A stretch of DNA of 64,000 nt, from contig NC_068981.1 in assembly GCF_001194135.2 (NCBI RefSeq), positions 58,949,113-59,013,112 of the forward strand, in the 5' to 3' direction. Under the pieces are notes generated by a model that was given only the letters and a program-made list of their open reading frames with translations, was not told the DNA's origin and searched no databases. Every line of letters starts with the position of its first letter. The first letter of the stretch is position 1. Shown piece after piece: positions 12,180-23,290 of the stretch. This DNA comes from Octopus bimaculoides (taxonomy: Eukaryota). Both the position numbers and the translations under genes were made by a program.

Positions 12180-13230
12180 CGAACCACGAAAATTAATAAT
12201 CACCACCAGAAATTTTCATATCGATTGTGATAGTTGCCACATTTACCTAAAGCAAAAACAAGGAGGCAGAAGTTAAACATCAATACAAACGGTCTTTGAA
12301 TATCGTCTCATATCCCTTCAAAGGTATCTACTAACCACCAAGCATCTGCGTCCAAGGATCAAGTCTCCATACATGGGATAAATACCATCGTTGGAGTTGG
12401 AAAGGAACTCCAGAGAAAGTAATCTATGATTAATGTCCAGAGCTGCACAACCTGCGGACTTGCGCATCTCTACAGAAATATAACATCAGACAAAAAGATT
12501 CTCGCTTATCAGCAGAAGGCCATAACTGACTAAGTTGTCAGAAAACAGTAACATTGCCAAACATGATAGTCAACAGTCTGTCTTGGATCATCGACATAAA
12601 CTCTAACTTTGAAGAGTACGTTTTGGAATTTCGGGAACAAGACATAACAACAAAATATCTAATGCCCCCCCCCCCACCAAACTAAGAATATAAATTAAAT
12701 ACCTAAGTCAGACAATTATTACAAAATCTGTACAATCAACACCGAAGATGTGATCCATATCATAAGCCGCTGTCCAACAATTTCATCACGATAATATCTT
12801 TCTATGAGATATAAGGTAGCGGATGAAAAACAATACAATACAATCTGCAAAACAGATAGTGCAGAAGATCAGAATATAAGAATTACTGTGATGTAGAGGG
12901 TATAATAGGAAAGAAAAATGCCATAGTGTAATTGACAAAACCACTGTAGAAATTGAAGCAAAATAGGTCAACTGTAATGGAACAAAGAAAGTATGTACAG
13001 TAGTGGAAACAATTTGTCCTCAAAAGCTCATTATGCTAATGATGAAAGGAAAAGGAAATATATATTCTGAATTAAGGAGAAACTTGCAAAATCCACACCT
13101 GATCTCACGATTTATACTCGATATTGTTGAAGTGTTTGCTTATGTAGCTAACTATCTCAGCACAGCTGTCTTCACTAGACATCAAAGAACCCAGCTAATT
13201 AAGAAATAATCATCACAAGCCATTAACGGA
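12180..13230 (+). mobile_element. Degenerate R4/Dong-like (restriction-like-endonuclease) non-LTR retrotransposon, post-RT C-terminal part
   Basis: RKLIITTRNFHIDCDSCHIYLKQKQGGRS*TSIQ (post-RT GGRGL motif). YKICTINTEDVIHIISRCP (CCHC knuckle, first C lost). KLKQNRS...VCTVVETICP...NIYSELRRNLQ (decayed RPD/ExxCP RLE region). Confidence 0.65.
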
Positions 13231-13334
13231 ATTGAGAAAATACGTAAAACGTCAGAAGTTTAGTCCAAAGCATGTATACTTATAGATATACAAAAGATAT
13301 GTTTAAATAAACCTAAACACAAGACTCATGTAAC

Positions 13335-13675
13335 GACAGGCATGTATGTATGCACCTGCATGCGCGGATATATGCACATACATACATACATACATACATA
13401 CATACATACATACATACATACATGCATACATACATACATACATACATATATGCATTCATACATAGATACATGATACATGCATACATACATGTATGCATAC
13501 ATGCATGCATACATACATACATACATTCATACATATATGCATGCATGCATAAATACTTATATGTATGCATATATACATATATACATAAATGTATACATAC
13601 GTACATACATACATGCATACATGCATACATTCATAGATATATACATACATACATACATATATGCATGCATACATG
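13335..13675. repeat. Degenerate (TACA/TGCA)n tetranucleotide array
   Basis: Direct reading. Confidence 0.9.
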
Positions 13676-13897
13676 AGTTCCTAGTTAATGTCAAAATTAC
13701 AATGTCGAACCTTGGTTCTNNNNNNNNNNNNNNNNNNNNNNNNNNNNNNNNNNNNNNNNNNNNNNNNNNNNNNNNNNNNNNNNNNNNNNNNNNNNNNNNN
13801 NNNNNNNNNNNNNNNNNNNNNNNNNNNNNNNNNNNNNNNNNNNNNNNNNNNNNNNNNNNNNNNNNNNNNNNNNNNNNNNNNNNNNNNNNNNNNNNNN

Positions 13898-13941
<44 letters not shown>

Positions 13942-14525
13942 ACACACACACACACATGTATGCTTTTGTGGAGAGAAAGAGAGAGTGGGTGGATGGACGC
14001 TGGCCCTTTTCTCCCTTGGTTTGATTCTGTTGAAAAGGATCGCTTATGGTTTTATTGGAGGCTATGGAAAAACCACGTGGTTAATATTCTTGAAAAGTTG
14101 CTATTAGCAGCCAAACCTTCTGAACTAATGCTCCACCGTCTTAAAAAAAGACACATTAGATGTCCCTGATATAGAAAATGAAAGGGATATGGTCATGGCT
14201 GGAGCGTGTTTTGTCTTAAACCCGATCGATTAGAGCTGATTTGATGTTTTTCAATAGCAAAAACAACAACCACTTCAGAGATAGTTAGCTTGTATGCTTT
14301 CACTAGTATTGAGCCGAAATTATTATAAGGTCAAAAGCAGAAAGCTGCAACATAGGAACGTTAGGAACTACTCAGCATTGTAAAAGAGGCACTAATTATA
14401 TCACTCACTAGTGTTTAGTACTAAGTTTAATCAGTGTATTGTTCGTGTCTTGGAACCCTACACGAAGACCAAGGACTTCAATGAGTGAATCCATTCAAGA
14501 GGTTTGGATCAACTACCAACATCCT

Positions 14526-14563
<38 letters not shown>

Positions 14564-14736
14564 TTGGACATTCCCATACAAACATGTACACACAATGTGT
14601 ATGTTTGTGTGTAGATATCCATGCATTTACATATTTGTTCTTTTCCTGCCTATATTTACGTATTTGAAAGCATATATATCTATCACATACATATATGAGT
14701 ATATAATAGCTCCATATTACACATATTTGTAATATA

Positions 14737-16193
14737 CGAGATATGATCAATAAGTATCCGGATTTGTACTATAAAAACAAAACTACAGCACGTACCAATT
14801 TGGCATTTAATCTCCTTCAAAGTAGTCCCCTTTGGAAGCCACATACTTAATCCAGCATTGTTTCCATTGATGGAAGCATTCCTGGAACTCGTTTCTCGGA
14901 TAATCGGCAGCTGCCTCCTCGCGTTCACTTTGATTTCCTCGACGTCCTGAAATCTTCCTTTCAAGTGGGATTTGATTTTTGGAAAGAGGAAAAAGTCTAA
15001 AGGGGTGAGATCTGGGGAATACGGGGGCTATCGGACCTGAGGAATGCTGTGCCTAACCAAAAACTGCTGCACAAGCTGCGCTGAATGGGAAAGTGCGTTG
15101 TCATGGTAAAATTGCCGCTCACCGGACGCATGCAATTGTGGCCTTTTCCGACGAATAGCATCCCGCAAACGCCGCAAAACGTCACGGTAGTACTCCTTGT
15201 TTACTGTCTGACTAGGTGGAGCATACTCATGATGAACAATCCCCTTGTAGTCGAAGAAAACGGTCAACAGTGTCTTTGCTGTGTCTCGCCCCCAGGCGAA
15301 GAAGTAGGATCTCCCAAGACATATAAATAGAGGTAGTCTGGCCGTGGTAGGTGTGTTGAGTAGCAGTCGAGTAGTAGTTGTGTAGCGGGTGAGTAGAGAT
15401 CATCCGAAGGTGCCAGATAGCAGTAGCTTGAGACATAACAGTCTTTATATTGCGTCGGTCTCGGAGACGTTGGGCTCTTCCACTGAGCCTTTGGTTCGGG
15501 ATCATAGCCATAGACCCACGATTCATCCGTTATGACCGTTTTCAAAAAGTTTTCATCGTTCTCGACACAATCAAGGAGATTTTGTGCAACTGAAACCCGA
15601 GTGTCTTTTTAGTCAGCTGAAAGCAGTTTTGGCACAAACTTGGAAGACACATGTCTTTTATTCAAATCTTCAGTGATAATGGACTGAACTGAACCGTAAC
15701 TAATCATCACATCCTCTGATAACTCACGGATGGTGAATCTACGATTTCACCTCACAGCTGCAGGCATATCTGCGATATTTTTCTCAATTCTGCTGGTTGC
15801 GGGTCTCCCAGAACGTTCGTTACTATAAATATTTTTTTTTCGGCCATCTTAGAAACGTCTTAACCACTTGTACACTTGTGTGCGGCTCATGCACTCTTCT
15901 CCATACACTTTCTGCAACTTTGAGTAGGCTTCTGAGTAGGTATCACGAAGCTTTTGACAAAATTTGATGCAGAATTCTCTGCTCAGCTTTCTCTGTCATG
16001 GTCAATGCGACAATCACATGCTACACATGTTCCTTCCATGTACTGCTGTAAACAGGGTAAGTGAGCTAGAACGCTAAAACTTAGTGCGCATGCACAGCAG
16101 AGTTCAAAGTCAATCCGTGCAAAGCAGCTTTATTCTGCATGCTTTAGCGTCGTTACTTTGGCAACAGTCTGGATACTTATTGATCAAACCACG
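14737..16193 (-). mobile_element. Full-length mariner (DD34D) DNA transposon with inactivated transposase
   Basis: TIRs TA|CGAGATATGATCAATAAGTATCCGGATT and its near reverse complement ending at 16193|TA. Transposase from ATG at 15999 contains ITDESWVYGYDP, VFFDYKG, HDNA and YSPDLTPLDFFLFP, with frameshifts, stops and an internal insertion. Confidence 0.9.
15277..15440 (+). mobile_element. 164-bp solo-LTR-like insertion inside the mariner
   Basis: Begins TG and ends CA, with imperfect terminal inverted repeats (TGCTGTGTCTC / GAGACATAACA). Flanked by a 5-bp duplication GTCTT (15272-15276, 15441-15445). Internal TATAAATAG. Removing it restores transposase NIKTLLTVFFDYKG. Confidence 0.75.
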
Positions 16194-17129
16194 TATATGA
16201 ATAATTGATGCATATATTTGAAATTATTATGAGCGACATTAAGCGGAGGAAAGACAGAAATGACTGGAGGACCTAAAAAGAACCAACGAACTTTTGATAC
16301 TCAAGGTAGCTTCTTCGTGTGTGTTGTGGAAAACAACGATCGAAAGTAGAGGATACCTACAGTTCAAGCAATTACCGTTCCGTTGCAAGTAACGTTATAA
16401 AATGATGTATACAGAATGCTATTTTGAGCTATTACTGTATCCATTGCTTACAACGAATTTTTTTTTACCTAGCCTGCTGGTCTTTTGTAACATCAGAGAT
16501 TTGTTAATTAGTTTTTTTTTTTATATATCAGTAGAAGGTAAATTTGTCTAAGCATGCGATTGCTAGTGGATACTTTATTATGCTACTGATGACACTAAAA
16601 GAAGCATAAATCTAGATTTAGCAATTTCACTGCCGCTGCTGAACACTTTCCGTCTGCTACTGATATACTTATGTATTCTTTAGTACTACACGTTTATACG
16701 AAAAGCTTCCTCGAGACGAATACTGTAGTTGTCTTGCTTTCTACAGTATATCCTTGTTAAGTAAGATATACAGAATGCTTTAATAAAATAGTTGTTGTTC
16801 CAGTTATGCGAAGGATAAACACGTCATGGCCTACACTTGTTGTTTTAAATATACAGTGTCTCTATGAAAAGTATATTTCACTCATCAATACCCAGTTTAG
16901 GATGCAGTTTGTACAACAGTCTGAACATTTTGTATTCTACCTACTAATCGGGAGGTGGTGATTACAATTCGTATATTGATGGTTTAGAGACTTCAAATGC
17001 CAGGATCGGGGCACGGTCGAATATATCGACTCTGAAAGCAAAGTAAACTTCAGTGGGAAATCTATTCCTTTGTAAAAAGCGGTTGATTTTACTTACTGAT
17101 GTGGAAAGAAGGAGGTATCACATATCCTT

Positions 17130-17827
17130 CATTGCTGACAACCCCTAAAACCATGACAGTTGCGGGAAATTTTGTATGCATAACACTTGGAACTTCAGAA
17201 GGGTCTGCACGTAACCACGTGTCATTTCTTCTGTTAACTTTTTGATCTTAATCGAAGTTTTTCTCGTTTGAGAAAAAACAAATTAAATCTTTTTCTGCTA
17301 GATTTTTCAGTTTGTTTAAGAGCCTTTTAGATCTGATGTAGTGATTTTCTTTTGCTTTTTCGGACAAATTGACGTTTCCTCATCATATAAGACTTATATC
17401 TAATGTCTTCATGGACTACATTTCTGACTGTTCCTTCTGACACATCGAGATCTTTTGCAATTGACCTCATGGACTTTCTGGGATTGTAATCAATGGTTTG
17501 TTGAACCTGCTGGATAAATTCAGGTGTTCTGATGATTTTAGAGCGTTTAGAATGCTTTTTTATGCTTTGATACTGGCGATACATTTCCATCTTCAGTCTC
17601 TAGCTCCTTACAAACTTTGTAGACGAAAGATCTGGCAACATTTTAAACTCGAGATATTTCTAAATCCCTATACTCAGCCTTTATAACCAAAATAACAGCA
17701 TGCCTCTCCATTTCTTGAGTAAGCTGTGGGTCTGCCATTATCATTTTCTGAAACAAATATACAGAGTTAGAAAAAATGCAGCAATGACCCCAAAAAAGGT
17801 ATGTCCTCAAATAACTTACGCACCCTG
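17130..17827 (-). mobile_element. 5' half of a DD37D/maT-like Tc1-mariner transposon
   Basis: Terminal TA|CAGGGTGCGTAAGTTATTTGAGG. Translation includes RKSMRSIAKDLDVSEGTVRNVVHEDIRYKSY and, after frameshifts, KNFDQDQKVNRRNDTW...MHTKFPATVMVLGVVS. The second D and C-terminus are absent. Confidence 0.75.
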
Positions 17828-17847
17828 TATATATATATATATATATA

Positions 17848-18344
17848 TATCAGTTTGAAACAAACCGCTCTTCTCGGTGAAGACGATCGTATAGATTTCC
17901 AACATACAGGATACACCATTATAATTTTTTAACAAATTTTTCATCAGTACTAGAGACTAAAATAATTATATTGCTTCTCTGTGCTATTTGTATGGCAGAA
18001 TGAATTTAGGGGAAAATACTTAAAGCCTACTATAATTTAGAGTGACAGAAAAAAATGGGAGTCAAGAAATAGGAATGGCTACATTCATCTTTATCCTTAT
18101 CACATTCAAAATACTCAATGCAGCATGTAGTTTACAACCCTTTAAAGCCTACTATAGTAGGCTTTAAGTATTTTTTTCCCCTAAATTCATTCTGCCACAA
18201 AAATAGCAAAGAGAAGCAATGTAATTATTTTAGTCTCTAGTACTGCTGAAAATTTTTTTTTTTAAATTATAATTGTGTATCCTATATGCTGGAAATCTAT
18301 ATGGTCATCTGCACCCGACGAGACCAGTTTATTTCAAATTGATG
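17848..18344. repeat. Long inverted repeat (~185-bp arms, ~110-bp spacer): MITE-like or inverted retroelement end
   Basis: Left arm TATCAGTTTGAAACAAACC...TACTTAAAGCCTACTATA is the reverse complement, with scattered substitutions, of right arm TATAGTAGGCTTTAAGTA...CAGTTTATTTCAAATTGATG. TA on both outer sides. Confidence 0.85.
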
Positions 18345-18624
18345 TAATGTTTTTATTGATCGATAAAACGGAGCTGCTTGAAACGGCCGTAATACACTGA
18401 TACCTGAACATCCTTGTTATTTGCTTTTTATTCACCTAACTTCGAGCTGTGCCGACCATACTGGACACACACACATAGATGTATACATGCATGCACACAT
18501 ACATATATATGTATACATCTTTCTCGCCTTCTTTCCCACACATTCCTTCCTCCACTCTCTCCCCTCTCACTTTTGCCCCACTTTTCACTCACTCACTCAT
18601 GAACAAGCAAAATTATAATATAAT

Positions 18625-18700
18625 TAACATCACGATCAGCATCATCATGATCAGCATCATCATCATCAGCATCATCATCATCAGCATCATCATCATCATT
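18625..18700. repeat. (CAT)n/(CATCAG) trinucleotide-type repeat
   Basis: Direct reading. Confidence 0.85.
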
Positions 18701-18879
18701 CTGCTCCTTATGAAAAATCTGTCCAAATCAATGTCAGCATAAAAATTGGATGCTGAGCGAACGAAGGAATACATAAATAACAAATAAATAAGTACAGAAA
18801 TAAAGTAAAAATACACATAAATTAATGTATACTTATTTTAGTATAAAAGGTTGTTCTGCATGCAGAGATGAGGCAGAGG

Positions 18880-20535
18880 CGGAGAGAGGAGGTCATGAAT
18901 GAGAAGAGATGGAAGGAGAAAAGTTCTTCTGTAGGAGTTGAAGATTATATCGCTGCTGCAGAATGTCTTATCATATTCGGGAAAAGAGGAATCCAGGGTA
19001 GACTACTTTAAACTGGATTCTAGAATTTTCCAAAGGTAGAGCATCATTGTGTCATTGAAGCAATTCAGGCTCAGCTAAACAGTATCCGTATCAAGGTGAT
19101 ATTCCTTAACCAGTTTAGAGATATTATTCCGAGAGAACAACTTTTAGAGACACTCATTTGGTCTCCCTTATTCCTCGCTCATCTGCATTAGAAAATATGC
19201 AATCTTCACTGCTTTTGCAGTGCTGAGTTCACTCCTGTGCACCGCCACTAATTCTTCAATATCCAGATCCATAGAATTGCTCAAACTATTTCATACACAG
19301 CAGGCTCTCCTATTTCTTCAAGGCCTTTAAAATATCTTGGAGGTACAGCTTTAGACATTAACGACCTCTAAGAAGCACGTAAACAATGTACTGAAACTTC
19401 CTCTTAAGATGCTACAACCATTAGCACAGCATCAACAATATTAAAGTGACTTTTCCAAAAGCGCTTCAGTGCCATATCACTGGAAGAAGTGATATGACAA
19501 TGAAGAGAATCCTCGTATAGAGTTTTATAAAATTAGAAATAATTTTCAGGTCCATGCGCTTGAGAACCGAAGCTGTGTTGGAAGACAAGAAATGCACTTG
19601 TACAAAATGAAATTGTTCGGTAATTGGTTCATCAAATATACAAAGAAGATGGGCCGAGATATTCTCAATGACCAAAAGTGTAAGAGTGTTGTTCGTGAAG
19701 TATTCACGCACAGATGGACTAAACACCCCAGACCACCACTTAATGAAAAGATCTCTGGTCACCAAAGCCCTGTGGTTTGACCACTACGAAGCTCTAAGAC
19801 GGTTCTTATGACTGTTTCTGAATGATCTGCTGTTTTCTAAATGGTAAAGGAGGAAAGGGTTTTATCTTACAATCCCCAGAAGCATTCGCCCAAAGAAGTA
19901 AGGTTTACCGGCCCTTCATCGGCTTGCGGCCTGGCACTTGAACTCTCCTCCTTTATGATATATTTTCTACAAGGCATCTTCCTCCTCAAGAGCTGCGTTT
20001 CATCACCTGCTTTGAAACGAAGCCCCCTTTTCAATAATGTTTAAAAACACAGCGTCGTACACACGAGCTGCTTTATAGTCTGCACTGGCAGACTCATCAT
20101 GCTTCACAACACCATGTAATCCATTTCTTTTTCGGAATCTGGTACATCAACCATCTGAAACAAGGAAGTCCAGCGCTGCAAAACTACTTCCACTGGGAGA
20201 ATTCGTTCTCAAATCATTAAACAGCTGTTAGGCATTTACATAATTTTATCGATTCACTTATACTATCACAAGGAACTTATATTTAAACCACACCAAAAGT
20301 GAACTTGTCATATCTTCAACAAAGTTGCTACGTGATTTACTAACCTTGGTCATTTCCTTAGATACCTACACACTTTTAAATTTATTCTTGCATTTTAGTG
20401 TAGTGCAGATTGTTGATTTTGCTACTCAGTACTCTGAACTAATGTTGCTAGCACTAGTCCCATTTTCTTGGTTACATATTATTTCCCCCATATTTTCGAT
20501 GGTAATTGACTTCTAACTCTCTTCTGCTGACCCAT
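18880..20535 (-). mobile_element. Degenerate Tigger/pogo transposase
   Basis: N-terminal psq-HTH-like SITIEN...AKSTICTTLK; GVVKHDESASADYKAA; LLLWANASGDCKI; and WVTRDLFIKWWSGVFSPSVREY...ENISAH...FLSSNTASVLKRMDLKIISNF (decayed DNAPAH and LPPNTT-QPMD motifs). Confidence 0.75.
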
Positions 20536-21064
20536 GGTTATGTTTGTAACATTGGCTACTGAAGATGCACGGTACGCTGAAATCAGGTGATCTGGTAGTT
20601 CCAGCGCCCATGTCAGACGGTTCTCTTCCGCTACTATATATGTTTGTGTTCTTAGCACCGTACGTCTATAAGAGAAGATCTCTCAAGGCGAATGTCGCAG
20701 TATTCAGCGTTCTAGTAATATATCCACATTAAGTAAGATATAAAGATTGCCATTCGATATTAATACTGCTTCCGTCGCAAATATATATGAAATATATATA
20801 TATGATTAAAAAATATTGTTCTAAATGAAATTTTAAAATTTATAATCTACATGAAATGTGTATATAGACGTTAACGAACCGCTCAGATATGCTCTTCTAG
20901 CCACTTATATGCATGTATAGTCTGTTCGTCGTTCGTTGATCAAAGTTCGTTACGTGAGTTAACTTTTCTACAGAAAAGCCATGCTTTATTCAATTTGTTT
21001 GTTTAGAGAAAAAATCCTATTTGAGTACCCAGTATAGCTGCCGATCTCAAGCTTAAACTGGGAA

Positions 21065-21067
21065 AAG

Positions 21068-21150
<83 letters not shown>
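21065..21150. repeat. (CA)n microsatellite
   Basis: Direct reading. Confidence 0.95.
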
Positions 21151-21154
<4 letters not shown>

Positions 21155-21549
21155 TGTGCGCGCGTGTGTTTACCGCATTGTGTATTGTATATAGTTGAGA
21201 CTTATTATTCAGTCGTTATTATCACGCCGACAGCAGTAAAAGCAAGAACAACAAACACACCAATGGCAAAGAATGGTTGAAAGATAAATAATTGAAATAT
21301 TCATTAAAAACAATGGAGACTCATATGAGATAAAGTTGTTTTTATGTCGGCTATTACAAAAAAAGGAACAATTATGTAAAATAACAATGACATAAGAAAT
21401 AGCAACAGTAATATGAACATAGGTATCATAATCATCACAATCATAAACATCATCATTATAGTCATTGTGGTTACACAATAAAAGCAGCAGCAGCACCACC
21501 ACCACCAGCAACTTTCAGTCAAGTTCATAGACATCTGAAAGTACATAAG

Positions 21550-21603
<54 letters not shown>

Positions 21604-22256
21604 ATATATATATATGTATATATATATANNNNNNNNNNNNNNNNNNNNNNNNNNNNNNNNNNNNNNNNNNNNNNNNNNNNNNNNNNNNNNNNNNNNNNNN
21701 NNNNNNNNNNNNNNNNNNNNNNNNNNNNNNNNNNNNNNNNNNNNNNNNNNNNNNNNNNNNNNNNNNNNNNNNNNNNNNNNNNNNNNNNNNNNNNNNNNNN
21801 NNNNNNNNNNNNNNNNNNNNNNNNNNNNNNNNNNNNNNNNNNNNNNNNNNNNNNNNNNNNNNNNNNNNNNNNNNNNNNNNNNNNNNNNNNNNNNNNNNNN
21901 NNNNNNNNNNNNNNNNNNNNNNNNNNNNNNNNNNNNNNNNNNNNNNNNNNNNNNNNNNNNNNNNNNNNNNNNNNNNNNNNNNNNNNNNNNNNNNNNNNNN
22001 NNNNNNNNNNNNNNNNNNNNNNNNNNNNNNNNNNNNNNNNNNNNNNNNNNNNNNNNNNNNNNNNNNNNNNNNNNNNNNNNNNNNNNNNNNNNNNNNNNNN
22101 NNNNNNNNNNNNNNNNNNNNNNNNNNNNNNNNNNNNNNNNNNNNNNNNNNNNNNNNNNNNNNNNNNNNNNNNNNNNNNNNNNNNNNNNNNNNNNNNNNNN
22201 NNNNNNNNNNNNNNNNNNNNNNTATATATATATATATATTATCCGAAAAGTATAGC

Positions 22257-22430
22257 ATTAAATATCCATCACGGCTGCTCTCTATTCCTATAGAAAGCAG
22301 TCACCATATTCCCTTCCATATCAGCTAACTCTGATGAGCATAAAGTTATATAATCGGTTTGTTACCTAACACTCCAGTGTATTCTTTATGCGAAACCGAT
22401 TGGTAAGACCAGCCATGACGGATATTTAAT
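22257..22430 (+). ncRNA. Type I hammerhead ribozyme motif inside a long stem-loop (probably interrupted or decayed)
   Basis: CTGATGA 22331-22337. Stem II GCATAAAG 22338-22345 / CTTTATGC 22384-22391 (8 bp, perfect). GAAA 22392-22395. Stem III ACC-gatt-GGT. NUH = GUA (22403-22405). The 3' strand AGACCAGCCATGACGGATATTTAAT 22406-22430 pairs with 22257-22281. Confidence 0.6.
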
Positions 22431-22514
22431 ACCATTCATTACGGATCATATACTCACTTTACTTATAGATATACGAGTGCATCTTTTCCCTGACTTATGG
22501 TTTCTTAGACTCAC

Positions 22515-22515
22515 G

Positions 22516-22549
<34 letters not shown>

Positions 22550-23030
22550 TGTATGCATGCATGCATGCATGCATGCATTCATGTATGTATGTATGTATGT
22601 ATGTAGGCATGCATGTATGTATGTATAAACATATGCACGCACGCATATATAGAAATGGATATATGCATAAATAAAATATACAATATATAGATATAATATG
22701 TATATTATACATAAATGCAAAATATATGTTTACGCATATATGTATGCACAGGTATATATATTTATACATAATATCGGTATATATATACATAAACATGTAT
22801 AGTGTTTATATGTAGGGTCACGTTTAGTTATATGCGTAAAAATGTACATATCAAGATATTAATTATGAGTGTGTATGGACATATGAATACAATTATGAAT
22901 ATATATGCTCATCATCTAGATACCTTACACTTAAAGTATATATGTATATGTAAACCTTTACGTATAGTTGATTAAAAAATATATATATGCGTATGTATAT
23001 ATGTATATATGCACACGTAGAAATGTGTGT

Positions 23031-23117
<87 letters not shown>

Positions 23118-23290
23118 ATATATAATCTACAAAAAATATACAATTTTAAAGAAATAGAAATGCATATTTTAGAAATAAGTATATATTATATAGTGTATAT
23201 ACGTGTTTATTTCATACATACATACATATATATATTTATATAACAGTACACATCGCATAAATATATATAATTAAATATATATAATATATA
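22515..23290. repeat. Compound (TATG)n/(TA)n low-complexity block
   Basis: Direct reading. Confidence 0.9.

Noticed and set aside
18479-18816. Poly-Ile and poly-Met ORFs resembling membrane peptides
   Set aside because: Translation of a (CAT)n repeat.
20553-20598. Hammerhead-like CTGAAGA...GAAATCAGGTGATC
   Set aside because: Stem III and the AUC triplet fit, but stem II has only 2 pairs and stem I is short and wobble-rich. It lies in Tigger flank and may be chance.
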